Of a stretch of DNA of 64,000 nucleotides, positions 11,041 through 24,584 are shown one piece after another; position 1 is the stretch's first letter, and the number at the start of each line of letters is the position of its first letter. The notes beneath the pieces were generated by a model, which searched no databases, was not told where the DNA came from, and saw nothing but the letters and a program-made list of their open reading frames with translations. The position numbers and the translations under genes are program-made. The DNA is from Heteronotia binoei. Taxonomy: Eukaryota. The stretch covers positions 91,884,001 to 91,948,000 of the forward strand of contig NC_083228.1 in assembly GCF_032191835.1 (NCBI RefSeq), read 5' to 3'.

Positions 11041-13422
11041 ACACAGCAGCAACAAATCAAACACAGAATCCTTTTAAAACAGTAAAAAAACCCTTGACTT
11101 TTAACAATACAGGAACTTTACCAACCCCTCTCCCTAAAAAAAAAACCTTCACCCTAATCCCAAGAAATCCAAGCCACCCAAATCAGGGAAAGTAAAAGGA
11201 CACTGCACTTTTAAAAATCCTCTCAGTAAAGTAAGATATAGGCAAATTGGCAACCCCCCCACCACAGGCCCCTACCCCCAGCAGAACCCCCTAACCCTAA
11301 ATAAGCTACCCAGTACCCACCCACCCAAACCTGGATAAGTAAAGGGACTCTGAGTCTTAAAAAGTCCTTTTACTAACTAAAATAAAAACAAGAACCCCAA
11401 GACTGTCTTACCTTGGATGTCTTCTCTTCTCCAGGCAAGGTTGAGAGAGAGCAGCAGCAGCTGAGGCTAAGGGCCAGCGCAGCATAATTTCTCTCTCACA
11501 CCAACACCAACACAGCAGCAATGGAATGGAATCCAGCCAGGCAGACTCCTTAAAAAGGTTCTCTGGCCCTACACAGAGCAGTTTCAAAAAATACCACTGC
11601 TCTGTGATTGGCCAGAGAACAGTGTTTACTTGGACACCCAAGTAAACAAAAGAACAACAATGTTGCTAATGGCTGGAGAATTAACCCAGCCATCAATTAC
11701 ACAACAGCCCTGCGGAGCATGCATTTGCAATGCATTTTGCAAATGCATGCTTTGGATTGGCTGCTGGGGCTCCTCTCCCCCTCCTCCTCTCTCCCTGATC
11801 CCAGGGAGGCTATGGGAGAGGTGGGAAAGGGCTTCCAAAGGTGGGAAAGGAGGCAAGCAGCTCCCCTGAGGCTTCAGAAGCTCCTTTCCCGCCTTTTCTA
11901 TAGACTTCCGTATACTTCCGAATATTGATTCGGAAGAATACGGGGAGCCGTATATGGCTTCCGTATAATGGCTTCCAACAGAATATATGGGATGGTTTAA
12001 TAGAATATATGGGATGGTTCTCTTCATCTCCTGTATACAATTTTAGTGGTGAGCTGAATCTGCTGTGGAAGCACATCAACTGTATGCTGGGCAGATGCAC
12101 AATCTTTAGTCCCAGCCTGAGCCCAAGGGAAACCTGTACTTGGGGTTTCTAGCCAAAGGAGCCGAGTACACTGCTCTTGGGCTGATCGTGCCAATCAAGA
12201 AGTTATTGCCCACCTCCCTTGCCTTGAATCAGCTTTTCGATTTAAACAAAACTGATCTCTTCAAAAATGGTTGAAGCGCAAAACAAATATTTGATCCTAT
12301 AAATGAACAAGATATTGGACAAAGTGGACAATATGCATAATCTATAGAGAGATTAGCAAAGAGCAGTGGCATTCAGTTCAGATGCTGTTGATATATTGTT
12401 TGAGGAAGGAAAGCGGAAAAACTTGACACCTACCCATATTTGTAGGTGTTATCAGTAAGCAGTCTATATCTGCCTTACCAACATGAAGCCAAAGCTGGAC
12501 AGAAAAATTTAAAACCCCTCACTACTGATTTTTCTTCTCTTAATGCAAGCTTCATTTGTTTTTATTAAATGTTTTATACAGTGTTGTCTGATTGATTTTA
12601 TAATTGATTCATGTTTGTTTTATTGTTCTTGATTTTGCTGGAATCTGCCTTGTGGATTAATTATGGATTAAGAATAGGAGATACAAATTCACTTCATAAA
12701 TTCCTGGTAGTGACATTGCAAGCTATAATTAATGCCTTTTAAAGAATGTAGCCTTTCTTACTTACTGCATTTGTTACATTTCTTAAAATTATATAGACTT
12801 TGTTACCTTTGATGTGCTATTGTGCTAATTTTGTATACTTCTACTTTGATGTGTCTATTGTGCTAATTTTGTATACTTCTTAGTTTTGTATATCTGTGTG
12901 AGTATATGTCACATAGGATACTGTCAGCATTTTATAGCCTTTTACCCCCATGATTCACCACTTCCTCCCTTCTCATTGTGTATTCATCTATTCTAGCTAA
13001 CAAAACATGCTCCAATTACGGTACTTTGTTAATTCTTTGAAGTGCCACTAGACTCATTTTATTTGTTTGCAGCAACAAATAAATTAACTGGGCTAGCCAT
13101 TGGAAGCATTAGTTGTGAGTGAATTTCCCCCCAGAAGCTATTTATTTAAAATAGTTATATTTATATGGCTTTCTCCTAACCAAATTGCAACCCAGGGCAG
13201 GCAACTGCAAATTAGAATACAATAAAACTATACAAAATCACACAGTCACTTAAACAATAGATAAAGTATATTAAAGCTATATATGTATTTTAAAACTGTT
13301 CCCTTGTGGCTCAGACTTGGATTGTCTCAGATGTTCTGCAGAGTGGGTCTGCTTTACAGCCTTTTTAAAAGCCAGAAGGATAGAACCTTCCTGCCTTTTC
13401 CCAGGAGGCTATTCCACTGGTA

Positions 13423-13705
13423 AGAGCCCTGTTGCGCAGAGTGGTAAAACTGCAGTACTGAGTCGGAGCTCTCTGCTCACGACCTGAGTTCAATCCCAGT
13501 GGAAGCTGGTTTAGGTAGCCAGCTCCAGGTTCACTCAGCCTTCCATCCTTCTGAGGTTGGTAAAATGAGGACCCAGCTTGCTGGAGGGAAAGTGTAGACA
13601 ACTGGGGAAGGCAATGGCAAACCACCCTGTAAAAAGTCTGCCATGAAAATGTTGTGAAAGCAACGTCATCCCAGAGTCAAAAACGACTGGTGCTTGCACA
13701 GGGGG
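13423..13705 (+). mobile_element. Sauria SINE
   Basis: Same structure as the reverse complement of 5967-6261. Confidence 0.9.
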
Positions 13706-13906
13706 GTTATGTGACAGCCACTTGAAAAGCCTAAACTTAAACTGTTACATAGAGCACCACAAGTAGCCAATAGGTGCTACAAGGAAGAGGGAAGATAATA
13801 CAAACATGCAGCAAGAGGCGGTCCTTCCAGGGCATTTTTCTTCCTCTGAAGAATTTCAGTAAAATAGCTCTAATTTTATTTGTTTACTTCATTTATGGCC
13901 TCCATT

Positions 13907-14258
13907 CAGGGCCGGATTAAACTCTGTGGAGGCCCCTAGGCTGTCAAAATCTTGGGAGCCCCTCACAAATTATCTCAGAGTTGGAGTGCCACCCCACTGA
14001 TGCAGCTTGCAGATACCTTCTCAAAAGTCCCTTTGGCAAAGCTGCAGGGGTGAGACAGAGAAGCAAACTTGGCAACAATGTCAGCAGCAGCCACACCAGG
14101 CAAGTCAGGCAAAGGACAGCTCAGTTGCTGGCTGCATGTGCAGGCTGGGAGGGCTGTAAGCAGAGGGGAAACTGGGGAGGAAAGCCGGCCTGGGGCCACT
14201 AAAGGCATGGTGGCCTATAGGCCACTGCCTACTTGGCCTAATTGTTAATCCAGCTCTG
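13907..14258. mobile_element. Non-autonomous hAT element (CAGGGCCGG terminus)
   Basis: Perfect 8-bp TSD CCTCCATT (13899-13906, 14259-14266). TIR CAGGGCCGGATTAA / TTAATCCAGCTCTG. Confidence 0.85.
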
Positions 14259-14385
14259 CCTCCATTTCTTATGGAGATTTAAGATAAATTATAAAAAACA
14301 ATTCATTCCAACAGTATAAAACATAATAAACAATGTGCTCGGATTACAGAATTAGAAAGCAATGCAAACAGAACACAGTTTAAGG

Positions 14386-15576
14386 CAGGGGTGGACAAAC
14401 TTGCTTAATGTAAGAGTCACATAGAATAAACATCATAATATTTTATTTTTTATTTTTTTATTTTAATCTCAGACATTTGAGAGCTGCGTTTTTATTAAAA
14501 CTCTCTAAGTTAAACAATTTTATTTGGTAATATATGGTAATCATATCCAATACTAATAAAATATTAATAAACACTTACTGCCTTCCCCATACATTACACT
14601 TTCCCCACTTCCCCTCCCCCCAAATCTTGACTTCCACCTGTGCCAATTACCTAAAATTCTAATATCAAAAGGTATCTTTAACTTTAAAAGAATCTTAATT
14701 AAAAAAAGAAATATATATATATAATTTTGCTGAGAAATAAATAAACACATTTCTTATACTTTATAAAGTCCCACCCAGTTATTATAGTTCATCTTCTTTC
14801 TTCTCCTAAAAATCTAGGTGGTATTCTCAAAAACCACCCAATGTCCATTTACTTTCCACCCAATGTCCATTTACTTTCCATTCTTTTTCTATATATCTTC
14901 TGAATTTATCCCAGTCCCTTTTAAATCCCTCTAAATCATAGTCTTTCAAGATTCTTGTAAGTTTATCCATTTCACTCCATGACATGACTTTTACAATCCA
15001 GTCCCATTTTTCTGGTATTTTATCTTGTTTCCATAACTGCGCATATAATGTCCTAGCAGCTGAAAGCAAATGCCAAATTACAGTTCTATCTTCTTTTGGA
15101 AATTTCTCCATTTGTAATCCCATTAGGAAAGTCTCTGGAGTTCTCTTAAGTTCATATCCCAAAGTTTTAGAGACTTCTTGTTGGATCATTTGCCAAAACT
15201 GTTTCGCTCTTTTTTATTAAAACTCTTAATACTGGACTCAGCAGTGCACACAGCTGGATTCAGTAGCTTCCCCCCCCACATGCTCACTTTTCTCCCTCAG
15301 CTCTTGCACTCTCTTTCCCCATTCTAGGTGTCTGTGTGACCACTGTGGTGGATGAGAAGAGCTTGCTAGCCTGCCTATTTTCCTCTCCTTCCCCACTTTG
15401 CACACAGTGGAAAGAGTTGCCTACCTATGGGTCAGTGCCCAGAGACTGAGGTCCTGATGCTAAGCATGCTTACTTGAGAGTAAGCTTGCATTAAATTCCT
15501 CCTTGACCTTTGGGAGCCACACAACATGTGTTAAAGAGCCACATGTGGCTCTCTAGCTGTGGTTTGGCCACCCCTG
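14386..15576. mobile_element. hAT-Charlie-type MITE interrupted by an L1 insertion
   Basis: TIR CAGGGGTGG..AAAC / GTTTGGCCACCCCTG. TSD GTTTAAGG / GTTTATGG. Confidence 0.8.
14505..15210 (-). mobile_element. L1/Tx1-clade LINE, 5'-truncated (ORF2 C-terminus plus 3' UTR)
   Basis: ORF 14827-15189 (WHLLSAARTLYAQLWKQDKIP...WDKFRRYI) resembles the L1 ORF2 end. 16-bp TSD TTTTTATTAAAACTCT (14489-14504, 15211-15226). Confidence 0.85.
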
Positions 15577-16385
15577 GTTTATGGCATGAGTTGCCATAAT
15601 GCAGAAATTGGATTACAAAGTTAGAAGACAATGCACTAAAAGGTGATAATACAAGAAATATTGCAATAGATTACAGTCTTATCAATATAGCTTATCCTTA
15701 ACATGGCCTCATCTGTGCATACAAATCCATAGATCAAGACCATGTAGAGGCACAAAGGACTTTTCTGCTGACATTGGGACCCCCAAGGTTTACAGAAAAA
15801 TGAAAATACCTGCCAAAATTTCAGGGGGGTTTAAAAATCCCCCAAACAAGAATGTTGCCAATACAAGCAGGGACAAGGTACACTAGATAGCATGGAAAGT
15901 GTGAGGAGCCAGCCAGGTGGATAGAGTGCCTAGATGCCACCTCTGATGCCAACTATTGCCTCTTATCTGGCAGGCAGTAGGATTTCTAACCTTCAGGTGG
16001 GGCCTGAAGAACTCTTGGAATTAAAACTAATCTCTAGGCTACAACTATCAATTCCCTTTGTAAAAATAACCACTTTGGAGGGTGGACTGTATGGCATTCA
16101 CCCTGTAAGGTCCATCCTTTCCCCAAATTCCATCCTCTCCAGGAATTTCTTAACTTGGAGTTGGCAACCCTTGTGGGCAGGCTGGGGCGGGGAACTGGGA
16201 GCTACCACTGTGCCCATCATTGCTGCCTCTGCTCTGTGGGTGGGAGAGGAGGACTGGAAGGCACCCCATTCCCTGACACCCCTTTCACTGTCAAGGCAAC
16301 AGTGATGTAGGAGGGTGGAGGAGGAGTGAGAAATGCCGTTGCTCACACACTTTGTATCAGCTGAGGAGGGGAATGTGTGGGCAAC

Positions 16386-17600
16386 TGTGTTAGCCCTGGA
16401 CCCCGATTAAGGACTATGATTCCCCTGGCTCTGATGCCAGGCTCACCTGGACTCTTAGGTATTATGGACTTTAGTTTCTTAAACTCACATGCCTACTGCT
16501 TTATGGACATTCTTGTTGGACTACAAACATTTGGCTTTTGTGCCAACCTCAGTATGGATATTTGTCCTGTTTGGATCATACAGCAGTGTTCCAGCCAAGC
16601 TACAGCCAGCTTCCTGCTTGTGTCTGGGGCTATGTGACTGTTATGTCTGCCCAGTCAAAAGGACTCCAGTTTGTGCTTCCCAGATGAGCTGCCCAGCCCT
16701 ACAGACAGCAACTGCATTTCTGTCATTCAGACAACAGTGCCAGAAGCAGCCCCTGACAGAAGCCATGTTTCTGAGATGTCCCAAAACAACAACAGTCATT
16801 CCTGCAGACCTCCATAACAGGGAGATTTCCACACATATCACATCCCAGAGGCCAGTCATGCTTTGGAGAGGTTAATGAAGAATCAAATGGATAGCAATAG
16901 GATTGCTGAAATGTCTTCCCACCTAACAAAAGACTCTTCCTGCCAAGTATCCAGGCAAGCATCTGACACAATGGAACATCCTGGAAGATTATTGTTGTCA
17001 ATGACTTAATCCTGTCATGTAGACCGCTCCCATTGTGTTAGTTATGGTGTCACAATAGTAAACAATTTGGCGCTAGATTGCCCACTTAATTTTCATTGTT
17101 TTACCGATGGTTTGCACTATGTAAAGCCATCACCACCTATTAATCCTTTTCTCAAAAACCCTGGAAACCATTTCTGGGGTGATATCAGGCATCACCCGAC
17201 ATTACCTTAGGACACAAATTTGGCTATAAGAAGGCTGGGTTTGGGCCAGCCCGGTGTGTCTCTTACAGTATCCCTACCTTTGCTGTTTGAGCCACCCCCA
17301 ATTACCTGATCAGTATTGGCCTGTTTCTTGCTTCCCCTTCTCTTATTGTCTTCATTATTAGATAGTTCTTCTGGATTCTTCAAGATTGGTAAAGTATAGC
17401 CCCATCTGTGTTTTATCCCTTATATGTTTCTCTATCCAATTTCCCCCTCTTTATTTTCCTAATACTGTGTGATTGTTGTGTGATTTATTTTTCTTGTATG
17501 CTTGCTAATTTATTTTTCTTGTATGCTTGCTAATTTTTCTTAATAATCTCATTATTTCAAGAAGGGGTCTTGGGTAGCCTGAATACATAGGTTATTGACT
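16386..17600 (+). mobile_element. Possible solo LTR, degraded
   Basis: Starts with TG, has a TATA-like GCTATAAG near 17223 and a T-rich U5-like end, and no ORF. No convincing TSD; boundaries are approximate. Confidence 0.35.
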
Positions 17601-18189
17601 GCACACATTTGCCATCTTTGCTCACCTAAATAAATCCCCCCTATACCTCATTCAAGGGCAGTTTGGCTAACAACTGGACATTCAGAATAGTGAGGAGGGG
17701 AAGGGGCAGCTAGCCAGAGCAGTAGAGACAGTGGGGTGGTATCAGAGAAGACTTTCTTCCCCAGCAGTGGATCCCTGGGTTTGAGGGAGGATGGAACTCT
17801 GAGAACAGACAGGATAGCATGTGGAGGGAGAGAGGAGGACAGGATTCCTCCACTGCAAGTCTTGCAGGTCCCTGCTTGTTCCCTAATGAAAACATCCTTC
17901 TGTGTTCTAATTGCTTTATAAGAATGCCTTCCTGGAGATTTCAGTTGTGAAATGCTGTGAAATGACAGAAGTGTGGAGGTGTTCCTTTTTTTCAGGCAGT
18001 CCATTCTACAAGGTGGGAGACAACACAGAAAATGTGCATTGCTGATTTTATCCATTTGCAGTGTTCCATCTCAAAAGACTTTGCTCAGATGAGTGAAGTG
18101 CACATGGTTTAAAACTAGACCAATATGGCTAGCTTTGTTTATCTGTAGTTGAACCACAACACATGTGAGAAGCATAACATCATTTACAA

Positions 18190-18934
18190 CAGGGATGTCA
18201 AATATGTGGCCCGGGGGGCCAAATCAGGCCCTCAGAGGGCTCCTATCAGCCCCCTCCCCCCTGCAACTGGCTGTCATCTGCTTCCTTCCTTCTGCATCAC
18301 AGCCTGCTTTGCAGGGCTTGCTCAATTGCTTAGGAGCTACAGAGCAAATGGCTCTATTGGCTGAGGCTCCTGAGGATGAGGAGGGAGGGAAACAGGCAGA
18401 CCTTCCTCTGCCCAGCTCTTGAGGATGAGGAGGGAGAGAAACAGTCAGACCTTCCTTTGCCCAGTTCCCTTGATCACACAGGAGAGATACAAAATCTTTA
18501 ATTGTGTTTGTCTATGTCCTTTATAAAGAAGAAGACTGTAGATTTATGCCCCGCCCTTCTCTCTGAATCAGAGACTCAGAGCGGTTTACAATCTCCTATA
18601 TCTTCTTCCCCCACAATAGACACCCTGTGAGGTGAGTGAGGCTGAGATGGCTCTCACAGCAGCTGCCCTTTCAAGGACAACTCCTGCGATAGCTATGGCT
18701 AACCCAAGGCCATTCCAGCAGGTGCAAGTGGAGGAGTGGGGAATCAAACCTGGATTTTCCAGACAAAAGTCCGCACACTTAACCACTACACCAAACTGGC
18801 TCTCAAAGTTTATTATATTTCTGCTACCTAATCTTAAATAGGTACGCACATGGCCCAGCCTGACATGGCCTGGCCCAGCAAGGTCTTGTTTAGGTCAGAT
18901 CCAGCCCTCATAATGAATGAGTTCGACACCCCTG
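18190..18934. mobile_element. hAT-Charlie-type MITE with nested SINE
   Basis: TIR CAGGGATGTCAAA / TTCGACACCCCTG. TSD ATTTACAA / ATTTAAGA. Confidence 0.75.
18526..18803 (-). mobile_element. tRNA-derived SINE (gecko-type, CTT-repeat tail)
   Basis: Minus-strand head AGCCAGTTTGGTGTAGTGGTTAAG (A-box-like). Near-identical copies at 40812-41088 and 55775-56050. Confidence 0.85.
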
Positions 18935-21366
18935 ATTTAAGACCTCAGTCTTCCCAACCAGCATCACTTCCATCTTGTCAGGATTCAGTTTCATTTTGTT
19001 CACCTTTTGCCATTTAACCACAGGAGTCAGGCAGCAACTTCTTAGAAGGGTTTCTGTTAGTTCCTCTAATTTCCAGGAAGGATTTCTCAGATTCCTAGTA
19101 ATGACCATTTTGTAAACTTTAGATGCATTAGATTTACTTATAAATGCTGAGTCTTCATACACACACACACACAGTCTTGCAGATACACTAGAAGTAAATG
19201 AAACTTGCTTTCATTGTGCCATTTCACTTTCCCTCCCTTCTAGGTTAATACCACAGTTGTTAGCAGAAGAGCATTCTGAACCCTTAAGAGGATGAAAAAT
19301 GTAAGGCTTCTCTTTCAAATCTCATTACATTAAACTAACATTTCCTTCTTGTTTTAGGTCAGGTTGTGGGATGAGCCTGTCCCTTGTGGTGGAAGATTTA
19401 AGCCCTTCTGGGCCATAAGCAGGCAGAATGATCCACCCCTGTTATACAGACCTGGTCTGCCTTACACCAGTAGAAAATATAGTCCATAATAATGCCTTTT
19501 ATGCTTGTGAACATTTCAAAAACAAATCAGAGAGAGAGATTTAGGTTTTTCTCCAGGCATCCATTCCTAGGAGTTCTAGGGAATTCTGAATATGCCCTGC
19601 AAAGTGAGAAGTAAATTAACGTCGCTAAAAATAAAAAAAGCTTTTTTCCATCTTCATTGAACCCAGATGGCGGCTCCCTACCTAGATTTAGCCCAATTCT
19701 ATGCACAACTAGCTGGGAGTAATTCCTATTGAACTCAGTGGGATTTGCTTGGATTGCTCCCATCATAGTTCAATTCTGTTTAAAATGAGATAAAGATGGA
19801 TAGCCATGTTAGTGTGTCTGTAGCTGAACCCCAACAAATGTGAGAAGCATAACATCCTTTAAGACCTCATGCCATGCTAGTATGCTTTGATATGTTATGC
19901 GTCATCATGATGGACTGCAATATATAGAATGCTTTTATGCTACTGCTTGGATTTTTATGCTGCAAGAAGATATGCCATCTAAATATCAGGTATTCAGTGT
20001 GTTTGATAGAACAGTTAGCTTCTTTATGCATAGTGAAATATTTTAAAATCCATAAATAAACCTTTATATAATTTTATAGGTCTACTTTATTTGTGTGCAT
20101 CTGAATCAAGGATCCACAGAACTGGGTCTTGCTTAAGAGACAAGGAGCAATAACCCTGGGGGACCCAGGCTTGGGTCTCTGATGGATGCCTTCTGGTCCC
20201 ATTGCAAAATTTCAATAATGCATACTGTTTTCTTACATTTTTGAAGTCAGTTTAAATCAGAGACCCAATTTAGGTATCACTGACAGTCATGTTAATGGAC
20301 AATCCTTGAATAAACTATCAGAAATGTGGAATGAAATGAGAATGTGTTAGTTGTAGAACTGAAGACATTTACAAGAGCACCATCTAGCAGTACAATTGAT
20401 CTTACTTGTTTCAGATATCCATATGCTACTACCAAAAATTCATTATTTTTGGCTAGTGTAATATGTGCATGTGGGATAGGGGACTTCTTAGACCTTGGAG
20501 AGTCTCGGAAAATGTCATTCTGAATATTCTTTCTCATAATATTTCGCATAATATTGAAGTGCAAGAAGCACCACTGGAAGGGAAAACTGGCTCATAAACA
20601 CAAAGGGTGGGTATGGTTGTGAGCCATAGTTGAAGAACATAAGTTTGAAGATGTTAAGCCCAACTTGAAAAAGAACTAGTGCTTTTGGGATTGCTTGAGG
20701 CTGCTACATTCTGTTTTTGATTGTTCTCCTTCATTTAGTGGGGTTGACTGCATACATAGGAGGTTGTCAGCTCTTGGTAAAGAGTCTTCTCGAAATGGTC
20801 AGTATCAAATGATCACCAGGATTCATCCATCTGATGACAAGGTCATGAATGAAGTCCTTACTGATTATACCACAGGTGGATTTCCCAGACAAGTTTAAGT
20901 GCTCTGTGCACTGGACTTCTGCAGAATTCAATTTAGGTGGTGTCTACTTTGACACAGACTTGATATGACATATCTGGAATATTTTGTTTGATATAAAGTA
21001 TGTCTAACAAATGTATTTGGAAACTGCATGTTATGTAATTCTGATACTGTTTTGTACTAGAGAATAGAACAGGAATTGACTCACAGTGTGTTGCATTACA
21101 TTAAAATATTGTTATATTATAATATGGAAATATTTGTCTTATTAATGGTTGCATTATTGTTGTTTTGCATAGTTGGCACTCCAGCGGAAGAAACTGGGGG
21201 ATAAAAAAAGATCTTTGACATCATGTCAACATGCAGCATCACATACAGTGTGAAAACAGAAATGTTGTTATCACATCAGGGTGATACTCTAGGGGTCACC
21301 TCAAATTCTGTGCTTAAACCATAGAATTTGGGATGGATCTTAGACAGTCATCTTGACTTGATTATA

Positions 21367-21586
21367 GGGGAGGGACGGTGGCTCAGTGGTAAAGCATCTG
21401 CTTGGGAAGCAGAAGGTCCCAGGTTCAATCACTGGCATCTCCAAAAAAGGGTCCAGGCAAATAGGTGTGAAAAACCTCAGTTTGAGACCCTGGAGAGCCG
21501 CTGCCAGTCTGAGAAGACAATACTGACTTTGATGGACCAAGGGTCTGATTCAGTATAAGGCAGCTTCATATGTTCATATGTTCATA
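21367..21586 (+). mobile_element. tRNA-derived SINE with (ATATGTTC)n tail
   Basis: A box GGTGGCTCAGTGG and B box GGTTCAATC. A second copy lies at 59764-59975. Confidence 0.85.
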
Positions 21587-22742
21587 TCACTTCTGGTTTC
21601 ATGGAAGTGACATTGTGTGTTGATGCAACAGCAAATTGCCCCCATCCTGTTAAGTGCCAGCGGGGAATGGAGATCCACACCAGAATGTTTCCTTACATTT
21701 TTAAGTCAGTTTAAATCAGAGACCCTTCTATAGCAGGAGACCTGGCCCCCCCAGGTGGATCCAGATTAAACTGGCATTCGCAGCAATTCCCAATTCTCTC
21801 TTCAGATCGTCCCTCATGCTGTTCCTGGGGATCCCCTATACTCCAGGAGTAGCATTCTGGAGATCAATGGGCTGCAGTGGAAGGCAGAAATTTCCATTCT
21901 GCCATTTGAAAATTTAGTCTGGATCCAACTCAAATTCTGGTGCATGCATATATGGAAAATAGTTTGGATGGTAGAATGGACTAAATAGTGGAGCAGGACT
22001 TTATAACTGTATATACAGTTAACTAAATAGTGGAACTGGACTATATAGTTGTATATAACTGTGTATATATTTACTATATAACTATACTAAATAGTTTACT
22101 GCAGCTTTTCACCCTGACAGAGTAAAAAATTAAACTCTCAGTTATGGATAACAATTTAATTAAACTCTCAGTTATGGATAACAGTTTGTTTGACAAACAC
22201 TGTAAATTAAAGTCAAATCTAAATAAATCAAAGTCAATTATAATCACCTTCTTAAAGAAAATTTTATTGGCACAAACATCCACATTACAGATGTATACAA
22301 TAGCCTCGAAAAATGTACTGCCACTTTCAAAAGCCACTCTTCACATAAAGTACAATAATATCAATTTTTTAAAAACATTGCCACTAGTTTTCACTTCAAA
22401 AATATTGAATGAAATCCTTTGCATGCAGAATTTCACTATAGAATTTTTTTTTTTGCTGACCTTCTTGAGCAAAATTATTGGTCTGGCAGTTTTTCAGTGG
22501 CTTCGTTAAGACACAATGGCTGGAATGTTTTGTAGAAGCATAACAATCATCATAGTTTCTCCTGCATAAAACTGTACAAAATGAGAGGTGCCTTTTTTGT
22601 GTGAAGATGGTTTAGAAAAAGACAGTACCAAATCGATGACAAACACTGGCTATTAATATTGGGTACAATCCAATGCATGTTCAAGTTCCATTGATTTCAC
22701 TAGGATTTTAAAGTGCTCAGCTTGTGACAAACATTGGCCACT

Positions 22743-23103
22743 ATGCCTGGAGCATATGTCCCTGTTCAGTGGATGGAGATTAAACCAGCTCTACAGGTAA
22801 GGATCAGGGCTTTTTGCCTAGGGGAATGCAGCAGAACAGAGTTCCGGAACATCTTTGTGGGGAAAAGTTCATGTGGGGCACCCATGTGTTTCTTCTTCAT
22901 TTCTTTCTTGAGAGTTCCGGCACCTCTTTTTCCAGAAAAAAAGCCCTGGTAAGAATTGATCACAAGCAAGCAGAAAACTGTTTTTGACATTTCTGTTTCA
23001 ACTGTGTTTAACAACTGTGTTTAATATCTGCCTACAGATTATTAAAGAATTGCTGAGTTACTGCAAGACACTTGAAGAGAAAAAGGGAAAGCTTCATAGC
23101 TGA
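22743..23103 (+). CDS. Hypothetical spliced small ORF, 39 aa (22743-22796 + 23038-23103): MPGAYVPVQWMEIKPALQIIKELLSYCKTLEEKKGKLHS
   Basis: GCCACTATG Kozak context, CAG|GTAAGG donor, CTACAG acceptor, phase-0 join and AATAAA about 50 nt after the stop. No homology recognised. Confidence 0.25.
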
Positions 23104-24449
23104 CTTCTGTATTGCAACATCAGCTTCTCTCCTCTAAAACGTTTGTTACATTTAATAAATTTACAGTCATCCTGAGTCTATTCTGGCAAACTAAAGGGGA
23201 GAATAACCACTGATTTCACAACTGGTTTCACGGAGCAGAAAAGTCAAACTCTACCTGCATAACCAGAAAGAAAGAAAGAGACAAGGAGAAGGTTCCTCTC
23301 CATTTGTGACTGGATTCAGAGCTCAAAAAGAAAGCTTATATGCCAAAATCAATATCAGTGTGCCTCTGTGTGTACCAATCTAACACTGGTTTACTAATAC
23401 ATTGGAAAAAACAGTTTCCTATACTGCACCTTCCCATCTTTGTATAGGCCTAGACCAAAAAACACCTGGACCAGCCAGATCAGAACAAGGACAGCCAGTT
23501 CCACAGCGTGCCTGGAGTTCAGTCAACTGACTCATCCATGACATTTCAACACAAAAGATAACTTTGCCTCTTTCACTGCACTAATACAGGGAAGGAGGGA
23601 TGAGTTGAGTTGATGTGACAGGTGTGCATTTGTTTTGGAAAGAATCACACTCTGAAACAAATCAACCTGCTTTAGACCCCCAACAAAATAGGTTCTGTTC
23701 AAAGTACTCTAAACCATCAGCACGACTTTGAGATATCTCAGATGGCTGGTTGCTCCATTTGGTGCCACCCTGTCTTCCCCTTTTGTCCTTCTAATTGCCT
23801 TTCCCTTCAAAGGTGTCTTCCAATAAATTAGGCAGAGGTCAAAATATATGACTAACAGCTCTGAGATGCCTGTCAGGCACATAACAAATTAATGAAGTTT
23901 ATTAAGTAGTACTTTCTTAGATAATTCTTTTGATCACTATGATTCTTGGGAGGAAGAGCTGTCTAGGTATTGTGCTATCACCACAATAATAACATCCTAC
24001 ATCTGAGTTTTCCCATTATGGCCACAAAACAATATTGACTAATGGAAAATTAATAGTTTTTCTTTCAGTCAGTATTACCACTGTTAATAGCTAAAGAAAC
24101 CCAGCAGTGATGTCTTGTGATGCTGTAAATTAATACATTCATTACCTTTGCCGTCTCAAACACTGATCTTCTGGAAAACAACAACTGTGTTGTTTTATGG
24201 CCTCAAAATCTAGCTTGAAGGAAATAATACTCTTAAGACTTTCAAGCTCTTTATGCAATACCCTCTTGAAATCCTTTTGAATACTGCATGTGAAGGTGAT
24301 TGTTTAATAGGCTGCTGCTTTGGTGTGTTGTACGCATGTGCTCTTTCTTTCTCTTGGAGATAAGAATATCTGAAAAAAGGCACTATTGTAGTTTCTTTGC
24401 CATTGCCACTAGAGTATATTTAACTTGCAAGGCTCAGGTTTGACTATTG

Positions 24450-24584
24450 CAGGAGTGGCGAACGGTAGCTCTCCAGATGTTTTTTGCCTACAACTCCCAT
24501 CAGCCCCAGCCATTGGACATGCTGTCTGGGGCTGATGGGAGTTGTAGGCAAAAAACTTCTGGAGAGCTACTGTTGGCCACCTCG
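24450..24584. mobile_element. Palindromic hAT MITE
   Basis: Long inverted arms (GTAGCTCTCCAGA...CCTACAACTCCCATCAGCCCCAG). Perfect TSD GACTATTG (24442-24449, 24585-24592). Confidence 0.88.

Larger units (their letters stand above)
8354..12033 (-). mobile_element. hAT-superfamily DNA transposon, autonomous-type fossil, 3'-truncated
   Basis: Contains the transposase relic (8354-10340), an internal tandem array, a promoter-like segment with a splice donor (11407-11411) and CCAAT box (11607-11611), and short subterminal repeats (TTCCGTATA, GAATATATGGGATGG; 11900-12020). Probable terminus CAGGAGATG near 12033. No matching terminus was found beyond the end of the coding region. Confidence 0.8.

Noticed and set aside
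10408-11195. Q/N/K/T-rich ORFs 10408-10764 and 10890-11195
   Set aside because: Translations of the A/C-rich tandem array inside the hAT element.
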